The translations under genes were made by a program, and so were the position numbers. Under the pieces are notes generated by a model. The model did not search any database. It saw only the letters and a program-made list of their open reading frames with translations, and was not told where the DNA came from. A stretch of DNA of 30,039 nt from Syntrophobacteraceae bacterium (GTDB lineage: Bacteria > Desulfobacterota > Syntrophobacteria > Syntrophobacterales > Syntrophobacteraceae). The DNA lies in NCBI GenBank assembly GCA_049509275.1, contig JBELAB010000001.1:1-30039 (forward strand), in the 5' to 3' direction. Positions 17,278 to 26,213 of the stretch are shown here, one piece after another (position 1 is the stretch's first letter; each line of letters opens with the position of its first letter).

Positions 17278-18225
17278 ATGCTCAGAGGATTGAATCCGGG
17301 CTTTTGGATTAGTCTGATTGCACTCCTATTGATCTGCGGATGCTCAAAAGCATTTGTTAACACTGAGCAGCTCGAGCCCATGAATGATGAAGCACAAGCC
17401 GCGCCTGTTGCCGAGCCGATTCCAAAAGCGCATTATTCCCCGAACGCGCCCGTGAAGCTGGCTGGAAAGGACTTGTCCACCCTAAGCCGCGCAATAACCG
17501 ATAAGGAAGTGCGAAAGCTGCAGCAGAAGGACCCAGACCTGGAATATTACTGTTGCATCGAAATTCTTTGCCGCCTGAACCACAAGGATAAGGAATATAT
17601 ACTCGAAGATATGAAGCTAAAGCATCCCCTGACTGTGCCAAAGAATTTCTCTTCCTACAAGGACTGGTCGCCTCTTCCCGGAAACATTGCAGGCGCGGGC
17701 AAGTTACCCAAGTTAATTCTGCTGGTAAAAAATATCCACTTTCTTGGATGGTATCAGAACGGCAGACTGGTTGACGATACCTATGTGTGCACAGGAAAGA
17801 TGAATACCTGGACGAAAAGGGGACTATACAAAGTGAAGGCAAAAGATCCCAATCACATGTCCACCTACCCGAACGCTTACGGCTATCCCGCTTTCATGCC
17901 TAACGCCCTGCACATCTACGACCGTGTTTGGATTCACACCGGGGATGTGACCGGACCAAATTGCTCGCACGGCTGCATAAACGTTCCGATATTCCCCGCC
18001 GAAAAGCTATATAATTGGACCGACGTCGGGACTGCGGTCCTGATTACGGAATCTTTGAAGGATTTGGGCCGCGACATCAAGACCGCCCGTTTGGACAAAC
18101 TCAATCCGCAAAATGCCCAGCCGGTAAAAGAAAAGGGCAAACAGAATGATCGGCAGAAATCCGCGAATAAAACGCCGAAACAGTTTCCTGGAAACGGCAA
18201 CGAAGTCACAATGGGAGGAATTTAG
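17278..18225 (+). CDS. L,D-transpeptidase (YkuD-family) lipoprotein
   Basis: Signal peptide ending LLICGC (lipobox-like); WIHTG...SHGCINV catalytic motif; Lys/Gln-rich tail. Confidence 0.85.
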   Translation: MLRGLNPGFWISLIALLLICGCSKAFVNTEQLEPMNDEAQAAPVAEPIPKAHYSPNAPVKLAGKDLSTLSRAITDKEVRKLQQKDPDLEYYCCIEILCRLNHKDKEYILEDMKLKHPLTVPKNFSSYKDWSPLPGNIAGAGKLPKLILLVKNIHFLGWYQNGRLVDDTYVCTGKMNTWTKRGLYKVKAKDPNHMSTYPNAYGYPAFMPNALHIYDRVWIHTGDVTGPNCSHGCINVPIFPAEKLYNWTDVGTAVLITESLKDLGRDIKTARLDKLNPQNAQPVKEKGKQNDRQKSANKTPKQFPGNGNEVTMGGI

Positions 18226-18228
18226 AAA

Positions 18229-18897
18229 ATGGAAGTCAGCAGGCGAATTCTTTGGCGTATCGGGCTTTATTTGTTTTTAGGGGCACTTGTTGGCACAGCC
18301 CTATGTTCATGTTCGCTTTTCCAATCACAGATAACTCCACGGCCCCTGACAAAGATCAACCCGCCGCCTGTAATCCCTCCGGAATGCGAGCTTCCCTACC
18401 AATCGGTAGACCTTGATTTTCCTTTATCCCTTATCACCAATCCCAAGATCTACGTATTAAAAGAGGAACGCCGGCTCTGGCTGATCCAAGATAATACGCT
18501 CGTTCGCGAATTTCACGTCGCACTTGGACCCAACCCGAAAGGGGACAAATACTTTAGAGGCGACGGCAGAACCCCCGAGGGAGCATACTTCGTCTGCAGC
18601 AAGAACTCTTCCAGCCAGTTTTATAAGTCGCTTGGAATAAACTACCCCAATCCGCGCAATGCGCAAAACGCCCTTTCATGCGGCATGATTTCCAATAACG
18701 ACTACTGCTTGATCAACCAGGCAAATGACTCCATGAGGCTGCCGCCATCCAACACGGCCCTGGGCGGACAGATATTCATCCATGGAGGCGGCTGCCAAAA
18801 GGACTGGACCCTGGGCTGCATAGCAGTGCAGAACAGCGCCATAGACGAATTGTTCAGCGTAGTCAGGATCGGCACACCCGTTTTTATAATGCCCTGA
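18229..18897 (+). CDS. L,D-transpeptidase/carboxypeptidase-family lipoprotein (YafK/DpaA-like)
   Basis: Lipobox-like LCSC; VLKEERRL, GDK..RGDGRTPEG.Y, LGINYPN, IFIHGG..WTLGCIAV. Confidence 0.85.
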   Translation: MEVSRRILWRIGLYLFLGALVGTALCSCSLFQSQITPRPLTKINPPPVIPPECELPYQSVDLDFPLSLITNPKIYVLKEERRLWLIQDNTLVREFHVALGPNPKGDKYFRGDGRTPEGAYFVCSKNSSSQFYKSLGINYPNPRNAQNALSCGMISNNDYCLINQANDSMRLPPSNTALGGQIFIHGGGCQKDWTLGCIAVQNSAIDELFSVVRIGTPVFIMP

Positions 18898-18966
18898 GCG
18901 ACCCGAACCTGCCCCCGCCCCCCCTCAGTTTGGGGTTATTATGCGCTCTATGAATGCAACCTGGTA

Positions 18967-19461
18967 TTAGAACGGTATATCGTCGTCCGGGGCCCCCGTA
19001 TTGGCAGGCAGCTCTTCTATTGCGGAGCGCCCGGCGGGACCGGGGTTTCTCACCTGGTTCTGGCCGCCGGCAGTCCCCTGGCCCTGCCCTTGCCCCTGGC
19101 CTTGTCCCTGGCCCTGGCCTTCCGCGCTCCCAAGCAACTGGATTTCCCTGGCTATAATATCGGTAAAATAGCGTTTCTGACCTTGAGGGTCATCCCACTG
19201 GTTGGTCCGAATGCTGCCTTCAACATAGACCTGCCGGCCTTTGGCCAGATAATTTCCGCAGAATTCAGCCGTTTTGCCGAAGGTAACTATGCGGTGCCAT
19301 TCCGTTCGCTCTTCCCGGTTGCCTTCTGCTCCCGCAGAGACATAATCGTTTGTTGCGAGGTTGAATTTTGCAACTGCGACTCCGTTGGGACTGTATCGGA
19401 TATCCGGGTCAGCCCCCAATCTGCCGACTAATATTACCTTATTGACCGTCCCTTTAGCCAT
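18967..19461 (-). CDS. ssb: Single-stranded DNA-binding protein
   Basis: VNKVILVGRLGADP, TEWHRIV, KGRQVYVEG OB-fold motifs; acidic tip DDDIPF. Confidence 0.97.
   Translation of the reverse strand: MAKGTVNKVILVGRLGADPDIRYSPNGVAVAKFNLATNDYVSAGAEGNREERTEWHRIVTFGKTAEFCGNYLAKGRQVYVEGSIRTNQWDDPQGQKRYFTDIIAREIQLLGSAEGQGQGQGQGQGQGQGTAGGQNQVRNPGPAGRSAIEELPANTGAPDDDIPF
19075..19119 (-). repeat. (Gly-Gln)7-Gly coding repeat in the SSB linker
   Basis: Degenerate 6-nt repeat using mixed codons GGC/GGA/GGG and CAG/CAA. Confidence 0.85.
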
Positions 19462-19518
19462 TTCTTACCTTCCCCTTCCAGCGAAATATGCCGTCGAAAA
19501 TACCTGGGTTCCAAACTC

Positions 19519-19527
19519 AATATATCA
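19519..19527 (-). promoter_or_regulatory. Candidate extended -10 promoter for ssb
   Basis: Minus strand TG-A-TATATT, about 60 nt upstream of the ssb ATG; no good -35. Confidence 0.3.
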
Positions 19528-19632
19528 TGAATCAAAAAGGAGAAAAATCATACGGAATTTTTTCAGGCCTCGCTCCGCCCTGGGCTTATTAGCCTAGCAT
19601 CGAGTATCTGATTTGCGCCCTCCGGCTTCCGA

Positions 19633-19661
19633 TTGACTACCGCCTGGAAACAGTTTAGAGT
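19633..19661 (+). promoter_or_regulatory. Candidate sigma70 promoter for the plsC-rnj-ftsK-lolA operon
   Basis: TTGACT (19633-19638), 17-nt spacer, TAGAGT (19656-19661). Confidence 0.5.
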
Positions 19662-19730
19662 AAATGGCTGAAAACAACCCGGAAATTTATTTCCAATGCT
19701 TTGATGCACCTCGCTCCAATCTGGTGAGAA

Positions 19731-20483
19731 ATGAGATTATTGCGCTCGGTTTTCTTTTACATTACTTTATTTTTTTCCACCATAATTCTGGGGATTCTGG
19801 TTGTAATAGTCTCTTTTATAAACAAGGCATGGCTGATTTTTCTGGAAAAGTCATGGGGCAACGCAAACCTTTGGGCCGCCGGGGTAAAGGTTAACGTCAC
19901 GGGTCTTGAAAATATCAATAACCAGGGCCCTTACATATTCGTCAGCAATCATCAGGGGTGGTTCGATATTTTTGCCGCAATCGGGAAGTTGCCGTTCCAT
20001 TTTAGCTGGCTCGCAAAAGTGGAGCTTTTCAAGGTCCCGGTCCTTGGAGCCGCGATGTCCAGGGCGGGCTATGTCTCAATCGACCGCAGGGACCGCAGGA
20101 AAGCGATGAACAGCCTCAACAATGCCGCCGAAGTGATTCGGCAGGGGACTTCAATATTCATCTTCCCTGAAGGCACCAGAAGCGCTGACGGGGTAATCAG
20201 AGATTTCAAGAAAGGCTGGCTTGTCATGGCCACCAAATCGCAGCAGCCCGTCGTCCCCATCAGCATCAGCGGATCTTATCGCATTCTTCCCAAAAAGAGC
20301 TGGACGATCTATCCGGGGGAAATCCGGTTTTCAATAGGCAAGCCGATTCAGACCGCAGGCAGCGACAACGTAAACCGAGACCTCCTGCTGGAACAGATCC
20401 GGGAGGCGATCCGCGCCAATTTGACTTTTGAAGAGGCGGGAGGCGGCTCCGAAGTTGAGCCGGAAATCAAGAGGACCGATTGA
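19731..20483 (+). CDS. plsC: 1-acyl-sn-glycerol-3-phosphate acyltransferase
   Basis: SNHQGWFD (HX4D), AKVELF..P.LG, IDR, IFPEGTRS motifs. Confidence 0.9.
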   Translation: MRLLRSVFFYITLFFSTIILGILVVIVSFINKAWLIFLEKSWGNANLWAAGVKVNVTGLENINNQGPYIFVSNHQGWFDIFAAIGKLPFHFSWLAKVELFKVPVLGAAMSRAGYVSIDRRDRRKAMNSLNNAAEVIRQGTSIFIFPEGTRSADGVIRDFKKGWLVMATKSQQPVVPISISGSYRILPKKSWTIYPGEIRFSIGKPIQTAGSDNVNRDLLLEQIREAIRANLTFEEAGGGSEVEPEIKRTD

Positions 20484-20484
20484 C

Positions 20485-22185
20485 ATGACGGGGATAAAAC
20501 CTGCCGCGATGCCTGAAAAACTGACCGGCCCCGCTTTAAAAGTCATCCCCCTGGGTGGTCTGGGCGAAATAGGCCTCAACATGATGGTGCTCGAATATGA
20601 GGATACCATCGTGATTGTCGACTCCGGCTTGATGTTTCCCGAAGAAGAGATGCTGGGTATCGATATAGTAATTCCCGATTTGAGTTATCTTCTCAAAAAT
20701 AGAGACAAGGTGGCCGGCCTTGTCGTAACGCACGGCCATGAAGACCACATAGGCGCGGTTCCCTTCCTTGTTCGCGAACTGCCCATCCCGATATACGGAA
20801 CAGCCCTCACTCTTGCCCTGATCAAGGAAAAACTCCGGGAGCACAACTTGCTCGACAGAGCGGACCTTGTTCAGATCGTCCCCCGCCAGGTCATTGAGAT
20901 AGGGCCGTTCGGTTTCGAATTCATCCGGGTCTGCCACAGCATTCCCGATGGCGTAGGGCTTGCCATCCGCACCCCGGTCGGGGTCCTCATCCACTCGGGC
21001 GACTTCAAGATCGACAACACGCCCGTAGATGGCAAAAGGTTTGACATCGCGCGGCTTGGCTCCTACGGTGAAGAGGGCGTTCTGGCCCTTTTTTCCGATT
21101 CGACCAACGTGGAGCGCGAGGGTTACACGGTATCCGAAAAGGAAGTGGGCGCCACGCTTCGCAAAGTCTTCCAGGAAAAGCAGGGAAGGGTAATAGTCGC
21201 CGTATTTGCAAGCAACCTGCACCGGATACAGCAGCTTATACATATTGCGCGCGAGTTCGGGCGCAAGGTCCTGCTCAACGGCAAATCGATGGTTACAAAC
21301 GTTCGGATCGCGCGCGAACTGGGCTATCTCGATTTTACGAAGGACGATGAGATATCGATTCAGGAACTTCAGCACATGCCCGACTCACAGGTGATGATGC
21401 TGACCACCGGTACGCAGGGCGAACCGATGAGCGCCCTGAGCCGGATGGCTTTCAACGATCACAAGAAACTCAGAATACAGGAAGGGGATACGATAATCCT
21501 GTCCTCTAAGTTCATTCCCGGTAACGAGCGTACCATTCACAACATTATAAACCACCTGTGCAGGAACGGGGCCGATGTAATACACGAGCAGGTCAAAGAC
21601 ATCCATGTCTCGGGACACGCGTATCAGGAAGAGCTCAAGACACTTATAAATATTGTCCAGCCCCGCTATTTCATCCCGATTCACGGCGAATACCGCCATC
21701 TTATGAAGCACAGGCAACTGGCGATGTCCCTGGGTATGCCCCCCGCCAACTGCCTTTTGATAGAAAACGGCGCCATTATATGCCTGGGCCGGGACACGGT
21801 GTATACAGAAGACAAAATTGAGGCCGGCAGGGTTTTTGTCGACGGCAAAGGGGTTGGCGACGTAGGAGGCCTCGTGCTTCGGGACCGAAGGCACCTGTCT
21901 GAAGACGGGCTTGTAATAGCATCGCTGGTGGTAAACAAGGAGACTCACGAAATTCTGAGCGGCCCGGACATATTCAGCAGAGGTTTCATTCACGAAGAGA
22001 CAAAACCGGAAATCCTCTCTGAAGCCAAGTGCGTAGTATTCGAAGCCATCGACAGGCAACTGGAGGAGGACCACCAACTGGACTGCGTGCTTCTCCAGGA
22101 GGAAATACGCCGCGAACTAAAGCGCTTCTTCAACCGAATCCTGGACAGGAGGCCGGTTATTTATCCTATCGTGGTGGAGATTTGA
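20485..22185 (+). CDS. rnj: Ribonuclease J
   Basis: IPLGGLGEIG.NM, THGHEDHIG, HSGDFKID, FASNLHR, GTQGEP, HVSGHA, PIHGE. ATG 20485 (SD GAGGA) preferred over 20428. Confidence 0.95.
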   Translation: MTGIKPAAMPEKLTGPALKVIPLGGLGEIGLNMMVLEYEDTIVIVDSGLMFPEEEMLGIDIVIPDLSYLLKNRDKVAGLVVTHGHEDHIGAVPFLVRELPIPIYGTALTLALIKEKLREHNLLDRADLVQIVPRQVIEIGPFGFEFIRVCHSIPDGVGLAIRTPVGVLIHSGDFKIDNTPVDGKRFDIARLGSYGEEGVLALFSDSTNVEREGYTVSEKEVGATLRKVFQEKQGRVIVAVFASNLHRIQQLIHIAREFGRKVLLNGKSMVTNVRIARELGYLDFTKDDEISIQELQHMPDSQVMMLTTGTQGEPMSALSRMAFNDHKKLRIQEGDTIILSSKFIPGNERTIHNIINHLCRNGADVIHEQVKDIHVSGHAYQEELKTLINIVQPRYFIPIHGEYRHLMKHRQLAMSLGMPPANCLLIENGAIICLGRDTVYTEDKIEAGRVFVDGKGVGDVGGLVLRDRRHLSEDGLVIASLVVNKETHEILSGPDIFSRGFIHEETKPEILSEAKCVVFEAIDRQLEEDHQLDCVLLQEEIRRELKRFFNRILDRRPVIYPIVVEI

Positions 22186-22186
22186 C

Positions 22187-22260
22187 AGTGAACCGTGAAC
22201 AGTGAACAGAAGAAAGAGCGAAAGTGAAACGCTTTTGCTGTTCGCTGCTCACTGCTCACC
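22187..22260. repeat. Heptamer-repeat hairpin, copy 1
   Basis: Left arm AGTGAAC CGTGAAC AGTGAAC; right arm GTTCGCT GCTCACT GCTCACC; inner stem AAGAGCG/CGCTTTT. Confidence 0.8.
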
Positions 22261-22278
22261 GCCTTATTGAGGCTCCTG

Positions 22279-24480
22279 ATGGATCGAAAAAAGCACGAAA
22301 TATGGGCTTTATGCCTTTTGACGATCTCGCTTCTGGTCGTCTTCAGTATTTTGTCCTACCACGAGAAAGATCCCACTATTTTCACTTCTTCGAAAGATTT
22401 TACCAGCAACTGGGTAGGCGCCTTCGGGGCCAACATTGCCTGGCCGCTGATCACCTTTTGGGGACTGGGCGCCTACGGGCTGGTAATTGCAGGTTTGTGG
22501 GCAAGCTGGCGTCTTTTCAGGGAACCCGTAATCGAACGGATGTGGTTCCGGCTTTTGGGTATCGCTCTTCTGATCCTGAGCTCAATGACACTTGGAGCCA
22601 TGCATTGGGAAGCGGTCCCTTTCCTGGGACAGGAATTCAAAATAGGCGCCGGCGGAGAAATCGGCAGGATCCTCGCTGAATTTCTTGACGACCGGCTTTC
22701 GGCGCTGGGTTCGCATACGCTTCTAATCGGGATGTTTCTCATTGCTCTTCTGCTTTCCACCCCCCTCACGCTAAAAGCCATACTCCAGGGGATTTCAGCA
22801 TTCTGGGGCAAGACGACCAATCGGTTTCGCAGAGACAGGCAAGCAGCACAAGGCGGGCAACCGGGGTCCGAATCGCTCGATGCGCCCCCGATTCGAGTGA
22901 AAAATAAGCAAAGACTTCCCTTGCCGACCGTCCAAACAGAGCTGTTCCAAAAGAAGCAGGCCCGCAGCGGATCCATTTCGGCGGCATCCCCTGCCGTACA
23001 TCGGGACCAATATGGGCTTCCCGATCTCACCCTGCTGGACACCTATGAAACAGACACCGCCAAACCCGATTGGAAGCGACTCGAACAAAACGGCGCCGTT
23101 CTGGAAGAAAAGCTGGCCGACTTCGGCGTCCAGGGAAAAGTGGTTGGTATCAATCCCGGGCCGGTAATTACGATGTACGAATATGCTCCAGCGCCCGGAA
23201 TCAAGATCAGCCGGATCGCCGGCCTTGCCGATGACCTGTCGATGGCCCTCAAAGCCATCAGCGTGCGCGTGGTCGCCCCCATACCGGGCAAGGCGGCTGT
23301 GGGAATCGAAATACCCAATCTCAAGAGAGAACTGGTGTCCCTTAAGGCCGTACTCGAATCGGAGATATTCTCTCTGGCCGTCGCCCCGCTCACGATCGCC
23401 CTGGGAAAAGACATAAACGGCCATCCGTTTGTGACCAATCTGGGCAGAATGCCTCATCTGCTCATAGCCGGGGCCACAGGGACCGGTAAAAGCGTCTGCA
23501 TCAATACGATTTTGCTCAGTCTGCTCTTCAGAAACACACCCGAAGAGCTGCGGCTCCTTCTGATCGATCCCAAAAGGATCGAGCTCAACAGCTTCGAAGG
23601 CATACCCCATTTGATCCACCCCGTGGTAACCGACGCAAAAATGGCCACAAGGGCCCTGCGGTGGGCAGTCGAGGAAATGGAGCTTCGCTACAAGATGCTG
23701 GCCGACAAGAATGTTCGCAACATCGAAACGTATAACCGGGTGCTCGCCCGCGAAAAACCACAAAAGGGAAAAGAGATGGAAAAGGAATCGGCGACGGGTG
23801 AGATTTCCGATGCCGGCCTTCAGCACTACAGGCTCCCTTACGTGGTAATAATAATTGACGAGCTTGCCGACTTGATGATGGTTGCCTCCCGTGAGGTTGA
23901 AGAGTCTATCACGCGCCTTGCGCAGATGGCGCGCGCGGGCGGCATCCATCTCATCCTGGCCACCCAGAGGCCTTCGGTGGACGTTCTGACCGGGATAATC
24001 AAAGCCAACATCTCCACGCGGATTTCCTTCCAGGTCTCATCGAAAATCGACTCAAGGACCATTCTGGACGGTTCGGGCGCCGAAGCTTTGTTGGGCTCAG
24101 GCGATATGCTGTTCCTTCCGCCCGGCACCGCGAAGCTCCAGCGCATACACGGGGCCTTTGTCTCCGATGCCGAGATCGTGAAGCTCACCGAGCACTGGAA
24201 GGCGCAGAAGCTATTCGATGACCCGCTCAAGGGAAGGGTCGACCTGCGTGAGGAAGCGGCGGCTGCGGAGATCGCACAAGAGGAAATGGACGAAAAATAC
24301 GAGGATGCGGTCCAGATCGTTTTGGAAACCAGGCAGGCCTCGATATCCATGCTGCAAAGAAGGTTGCGGGTGGGTTACAATCGAGCCGCCCGTATGATAG
24401 AAGTAATGGAACAGCAGGGGATAGTGTCGCCTTCGGACGGAATAAAGCCAAGGGAGGTCCTCGGCAGGCGGCTGTCCTAG
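22279..24480 (+). CDS. ftsK: DNA translocase FtsK
   Basis: N-terminal TM region, GPVITMYE, RVVAPIPGK, Walker A GATGTGKS, IIIDELADLM, ATQRPS, gamma domain LQRRLRVGYNRAAR. ATG 22279 chosen as start. Confidence 0.95.
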   Translation: MDRKKHEIWALCLLTISLLVVFSILSYHEKDPTIFTSSKDFTSNWVGAFGANIAWPLITFWGLGAYGLVIAGLWASWRLFREPVIERMWFRLLGIALLILSSMTLGAMHWEAVPFLGQEFKIGAGGEIGRILAEFLDDRLSALGSHTLLIGMFLIALLLSTPLTLKAILQGISAFWGKTTNRFRRDRQAAQGGQPGSESLDAPPIRVKNKQRLPLPTVQTELFQKKQARSGSISAASPAVHRDQYGLPDLTLLDTYETDTAKPDWKRLEQNGAVLEEKLADFGVQGKVVGINPGPVITMYEYAPAPGIKISRIAGLADDLSMALKAISVRVVAPIPGKAAVGIEIPNLKRELVSLKAVLESEIFSLAVAPLTIALGKDINGHPFVTNLGRMPHLLIAGATGTGKSVCINTILLSLLFRNTPEELRLLLIDPKRIELNSFEGIPHLIHPVVTDAKMATRALRWAVEEMELRYKMLADKNVRNIETYNRVLAREKPQKGKEMEKESATGEISDAGLQHYRLPYVVIIIDELADLMMVASREVEESITRLAQMARAGGIHLILATQRPSVDVLTGIIKANISTRISFQVSSKIDSRTILDGSGAEALLGSGDMLFLPPGTAKLQRIHGAFVSDAEIVKLTEHWKAQKLFDDPLKGRVDLREEAAAAEIAQEEMDEKYEDAVQIVLETRQASISMLQRRLRVGYNRAARMIEVMEQQGIVSPSDGIKPREVLGRRLS

Positions 24481-24497
24481 TTTTCAGAAGGAATACT

Positions 24498-25271
24498 ATG
24501 ACGAATATTACAAATCGTGCGGTTGTGAAAACATGCCTTTGCCGGGCTGCATTCCCATGCCTTCTCGTCTTGCTTCTCTTTTTGTGTTCCGCCGGTCCTG
24601 TTTCTGCCGCCGGTCCCCCCCGGATGCTCGGGGAAATCCTCGCAAAGGCGGAAGCAAATTACAAGAATATCCATGCCTTCACGGCAATTTTCCACCAGAA
24701 GACCACATCGGCGGCAGCGGGGACCCTCAGCGCTGCGGAGGCCCAAGGCAGGCTCTACTATGCAAAGCCGCGGCAGATGCGATGGGAATACGACAAGCCC
24801 GAGGAACAGGTCTTCGTTGCCAACAACCAGTTCGCCTGGCTCTATGTGCGTGCTGAAAACCAGATCACCATGTTCGACGCGGACAAGCTTTTCGCCTCCG
24901 CTCTGGCCCGCACCTTCTTTGAGGGGGCGCTTGGACTTAGGACCCACTTTAACGTGACCGTTGACCCCATCGAGTCAACCCAGAATCTGGCCGTTCTCAA
25001 GCTGGTCCCAAGGCATGAGGACCCGAGCGTCACATTCCTTTATCTGTGGATAGACCTTGTAAGCTACCGGATTTGCCGCATACAAAGCCAGGATATTGTG
25101 GGAAACTCCAACGAGGTCACACTTGAATCCTTTGCGCCCCATTCGAGCCTCGATCCCGCCCTGTTCCACCTGGAGGTCCCGCCTTCGGCGAAGGTTATTG
25201 GCGCCGACGGCCGCGAACTGAGCACCCCCGAAATTGAACAGTTGAAGGCCAGGATTTCTTCCGGAAAATAA
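24498..25271 (+). CDS. lolA: Outer-membrane lipoprotein carrier protein LolA
   Basis: Signal peptide; FTAIFHQK, GRLYYAKPRQMRWEYDKP, AWLY..ENQIT; usual position after ftsK. Confidence 0.88.
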   Translation: MTNITNRAVVKTCLCRAAFPCLLVLLLFLCSAGPVSAAGPPRMLGEILAKAEANYKNIHAFTAIFHQKTTSAAAGTLSAAEAQGRLYYAKPRQMRWEYDKPEEQVFVANNQFAWLYVRAENQITMFDADKLFASALARTFFEGALGLRTHFNVTVDPIESTQNLAVLKLVPRHEDPSVTFLYLWIDLVSYRICRIQSQDIVGNSNEVTLESFAPHSSLDPALFHLEVPPSAKVIGADGRELSTPEIEQLKARISSGK

Positions 25272-25277
25272 ACGGCT

Positions 25278-25814
25278 ATGAACATCAAAACCGTTCTTGA
25301 AAATCTCATCGGGTTCTTTACCGGCGAAGAGATCGATTTTGCACTGATCGGGGCATTTGCGCTGCAGGCATATGGCTATGTGCGCGCCACTCAGGACATC
25401 GACTTCGTGGTGAGGGGTGAAGGGCAGCAAAGGGTCGTTCGGTTCCTTGAATCACTCGGGTATGAAACTTTCTATCGCTCCAAAGGGTTTTCAAATCATG
25501 TTCATCCGCTCGCTAGTCTTGGCCGGGTAGATTTTGTATATCTGGAAGGAGAAACTGCCGGCAGATTATTCTCCGGGACCAAACCCATAATGATTTTCGA
25601 AGGCATTTCAGTCCCCGTGGTAAGGCCCGAACACCTGATTGCCCTTAAGATCTTTGCAATGAAGAACGACCCCGCGAGGACTTTTCGTGAAATGGCCGAT
25701 ATTGAGCAACTCCTGAACCTCACCTCGCAGAGCGTGGATATCGATGAGGTAAAGGGCTATTTTGAAAAGTACGGTCAACTGGAGAAATTCTATGAGCTTA
25801 CCGGAGGAAAGTAA
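25278..25814 (+). CDS. Pol-beta-superfamily nucleotidyltransferase (AbiEii/MenT-like putative toxin)
   Basis: LIGAFALQAYGYVRATQDIDF (G..A...G..R.T.D.D), RVDF, LIALK and distal acidic residue (EMADI); 178 aa. Confidence 0.75.
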   Translation: MNIKTVLENLIGFFTGEEIDFALIGAFALQAYGYVRATQDIDFVVRGEGQQRVVRFLESLGYETFYRSKGFSNHVHPLASLGRVDFVYLEGETAGRLFSGTKPIMIFEGISVPVVRPEHLIALKIFAMKNDPARTFREMADIEQLLNLTSQSVDIDEVKGYFEKYGQLEKFYELTGGK

Positions 25815-26010
25815 GAAATTGCTCAATAAAAAACTTCTTGATCTTGAATCAGGTCTTCCCTTGACCCGGAAAGATTTTCGAGCCATGGAGCGCTCCCGGG
25901 GACGGCATGACCTTGACCTTGCGGGCTATATAATTTGGCTGGAGGAGATCGGCGCTTTCGAAACAAGGAAAGCCGGTGCGAAAATATACGCCGAACGGTT
26001 CGAATTATAG
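25792..26010 (+). CDS. Small 72-aa protein, putative partner/antitoxin of the nucleotidyltransferase
   Basis: ATG 25792 with GGAGA SD, 23-nt overlap with the NTase 3' end; sequence ...LDLESGLPLTRKDFRAM...YIIWLEE...ERFEL. Role is inferred. Confidence 0.6.
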   Translation: MSLPEESKKLLNKKLLDLESGLPLTRKDFRAMERSRGRHDLDLAGYIIWLEEIGAFETRKAGAKIYAERFEL

Positions 26011-26137
26011 CTGGCCGGCGCTGCTATTTACGCATAAATATTTGGTGGGAGAAACGCCTGAAAATTGCTAATGGGGCCGGACCGGCCTTCGCATAAAGGG
26101 AAAGCGTTTGCGGCGATCTTGGGCCACATCTCCCTCG

Positions 26138-26187
26138 TAATTCTGTTTCTGTTAATCCTGAAAATCCTGTTAATCCTGTCAAAAAAA
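26138..26187. repeat. 9-nt tandem repeat array (T/A)AATCCTG(T/A) followed by an A7 run
   Basis: TAATTCTGT, TTCTGT (partial), TAATCCTGA, AAATCCTGT, TAATCCTGT, then C and AAAAAAA. Confidence 0.8.
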
Positions 26188-26213
26188 CCCCTGCTTTACG
26201 GCGAGTGGAGACC

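Noticed and set aside
17001-17381. 126-aa minus-strand ORF in the DksA-BON/LDT gap
   Set aside because: Overlaps the LDT 5' end, no clear SD, no recognisable family; a small gene or remnant cannot be fully excluded.
19664-19894. 76-aa ORF starting near the predicted plsC TSS
   Set aside because: Out of frame and overlapping plsC; no supporting features.
20428-20484. ORF-track N-terminal extension of rnj overlapping plsC
   Set aside because: ATG 20485 has an SD and follows the plsC stop directly.
22187-22260. Heptamer and other short repeats (also 2448-2502, 26138-26261) as CRISPR arrays
   Set aside because: No repeat-spacer alternation, units too short, no cas genes.
22795-23949. 384-aa minus-strand ORF
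   Set aside because: Antisense shadow of ftsK.
26075-26087. GGCCGG-A-CCGGCC palindrome, similar to GCCGGACCGG near 5794
   Set aside because: Short GC-only palindromes are expected by chance at this GC content; no U-tract or other support.
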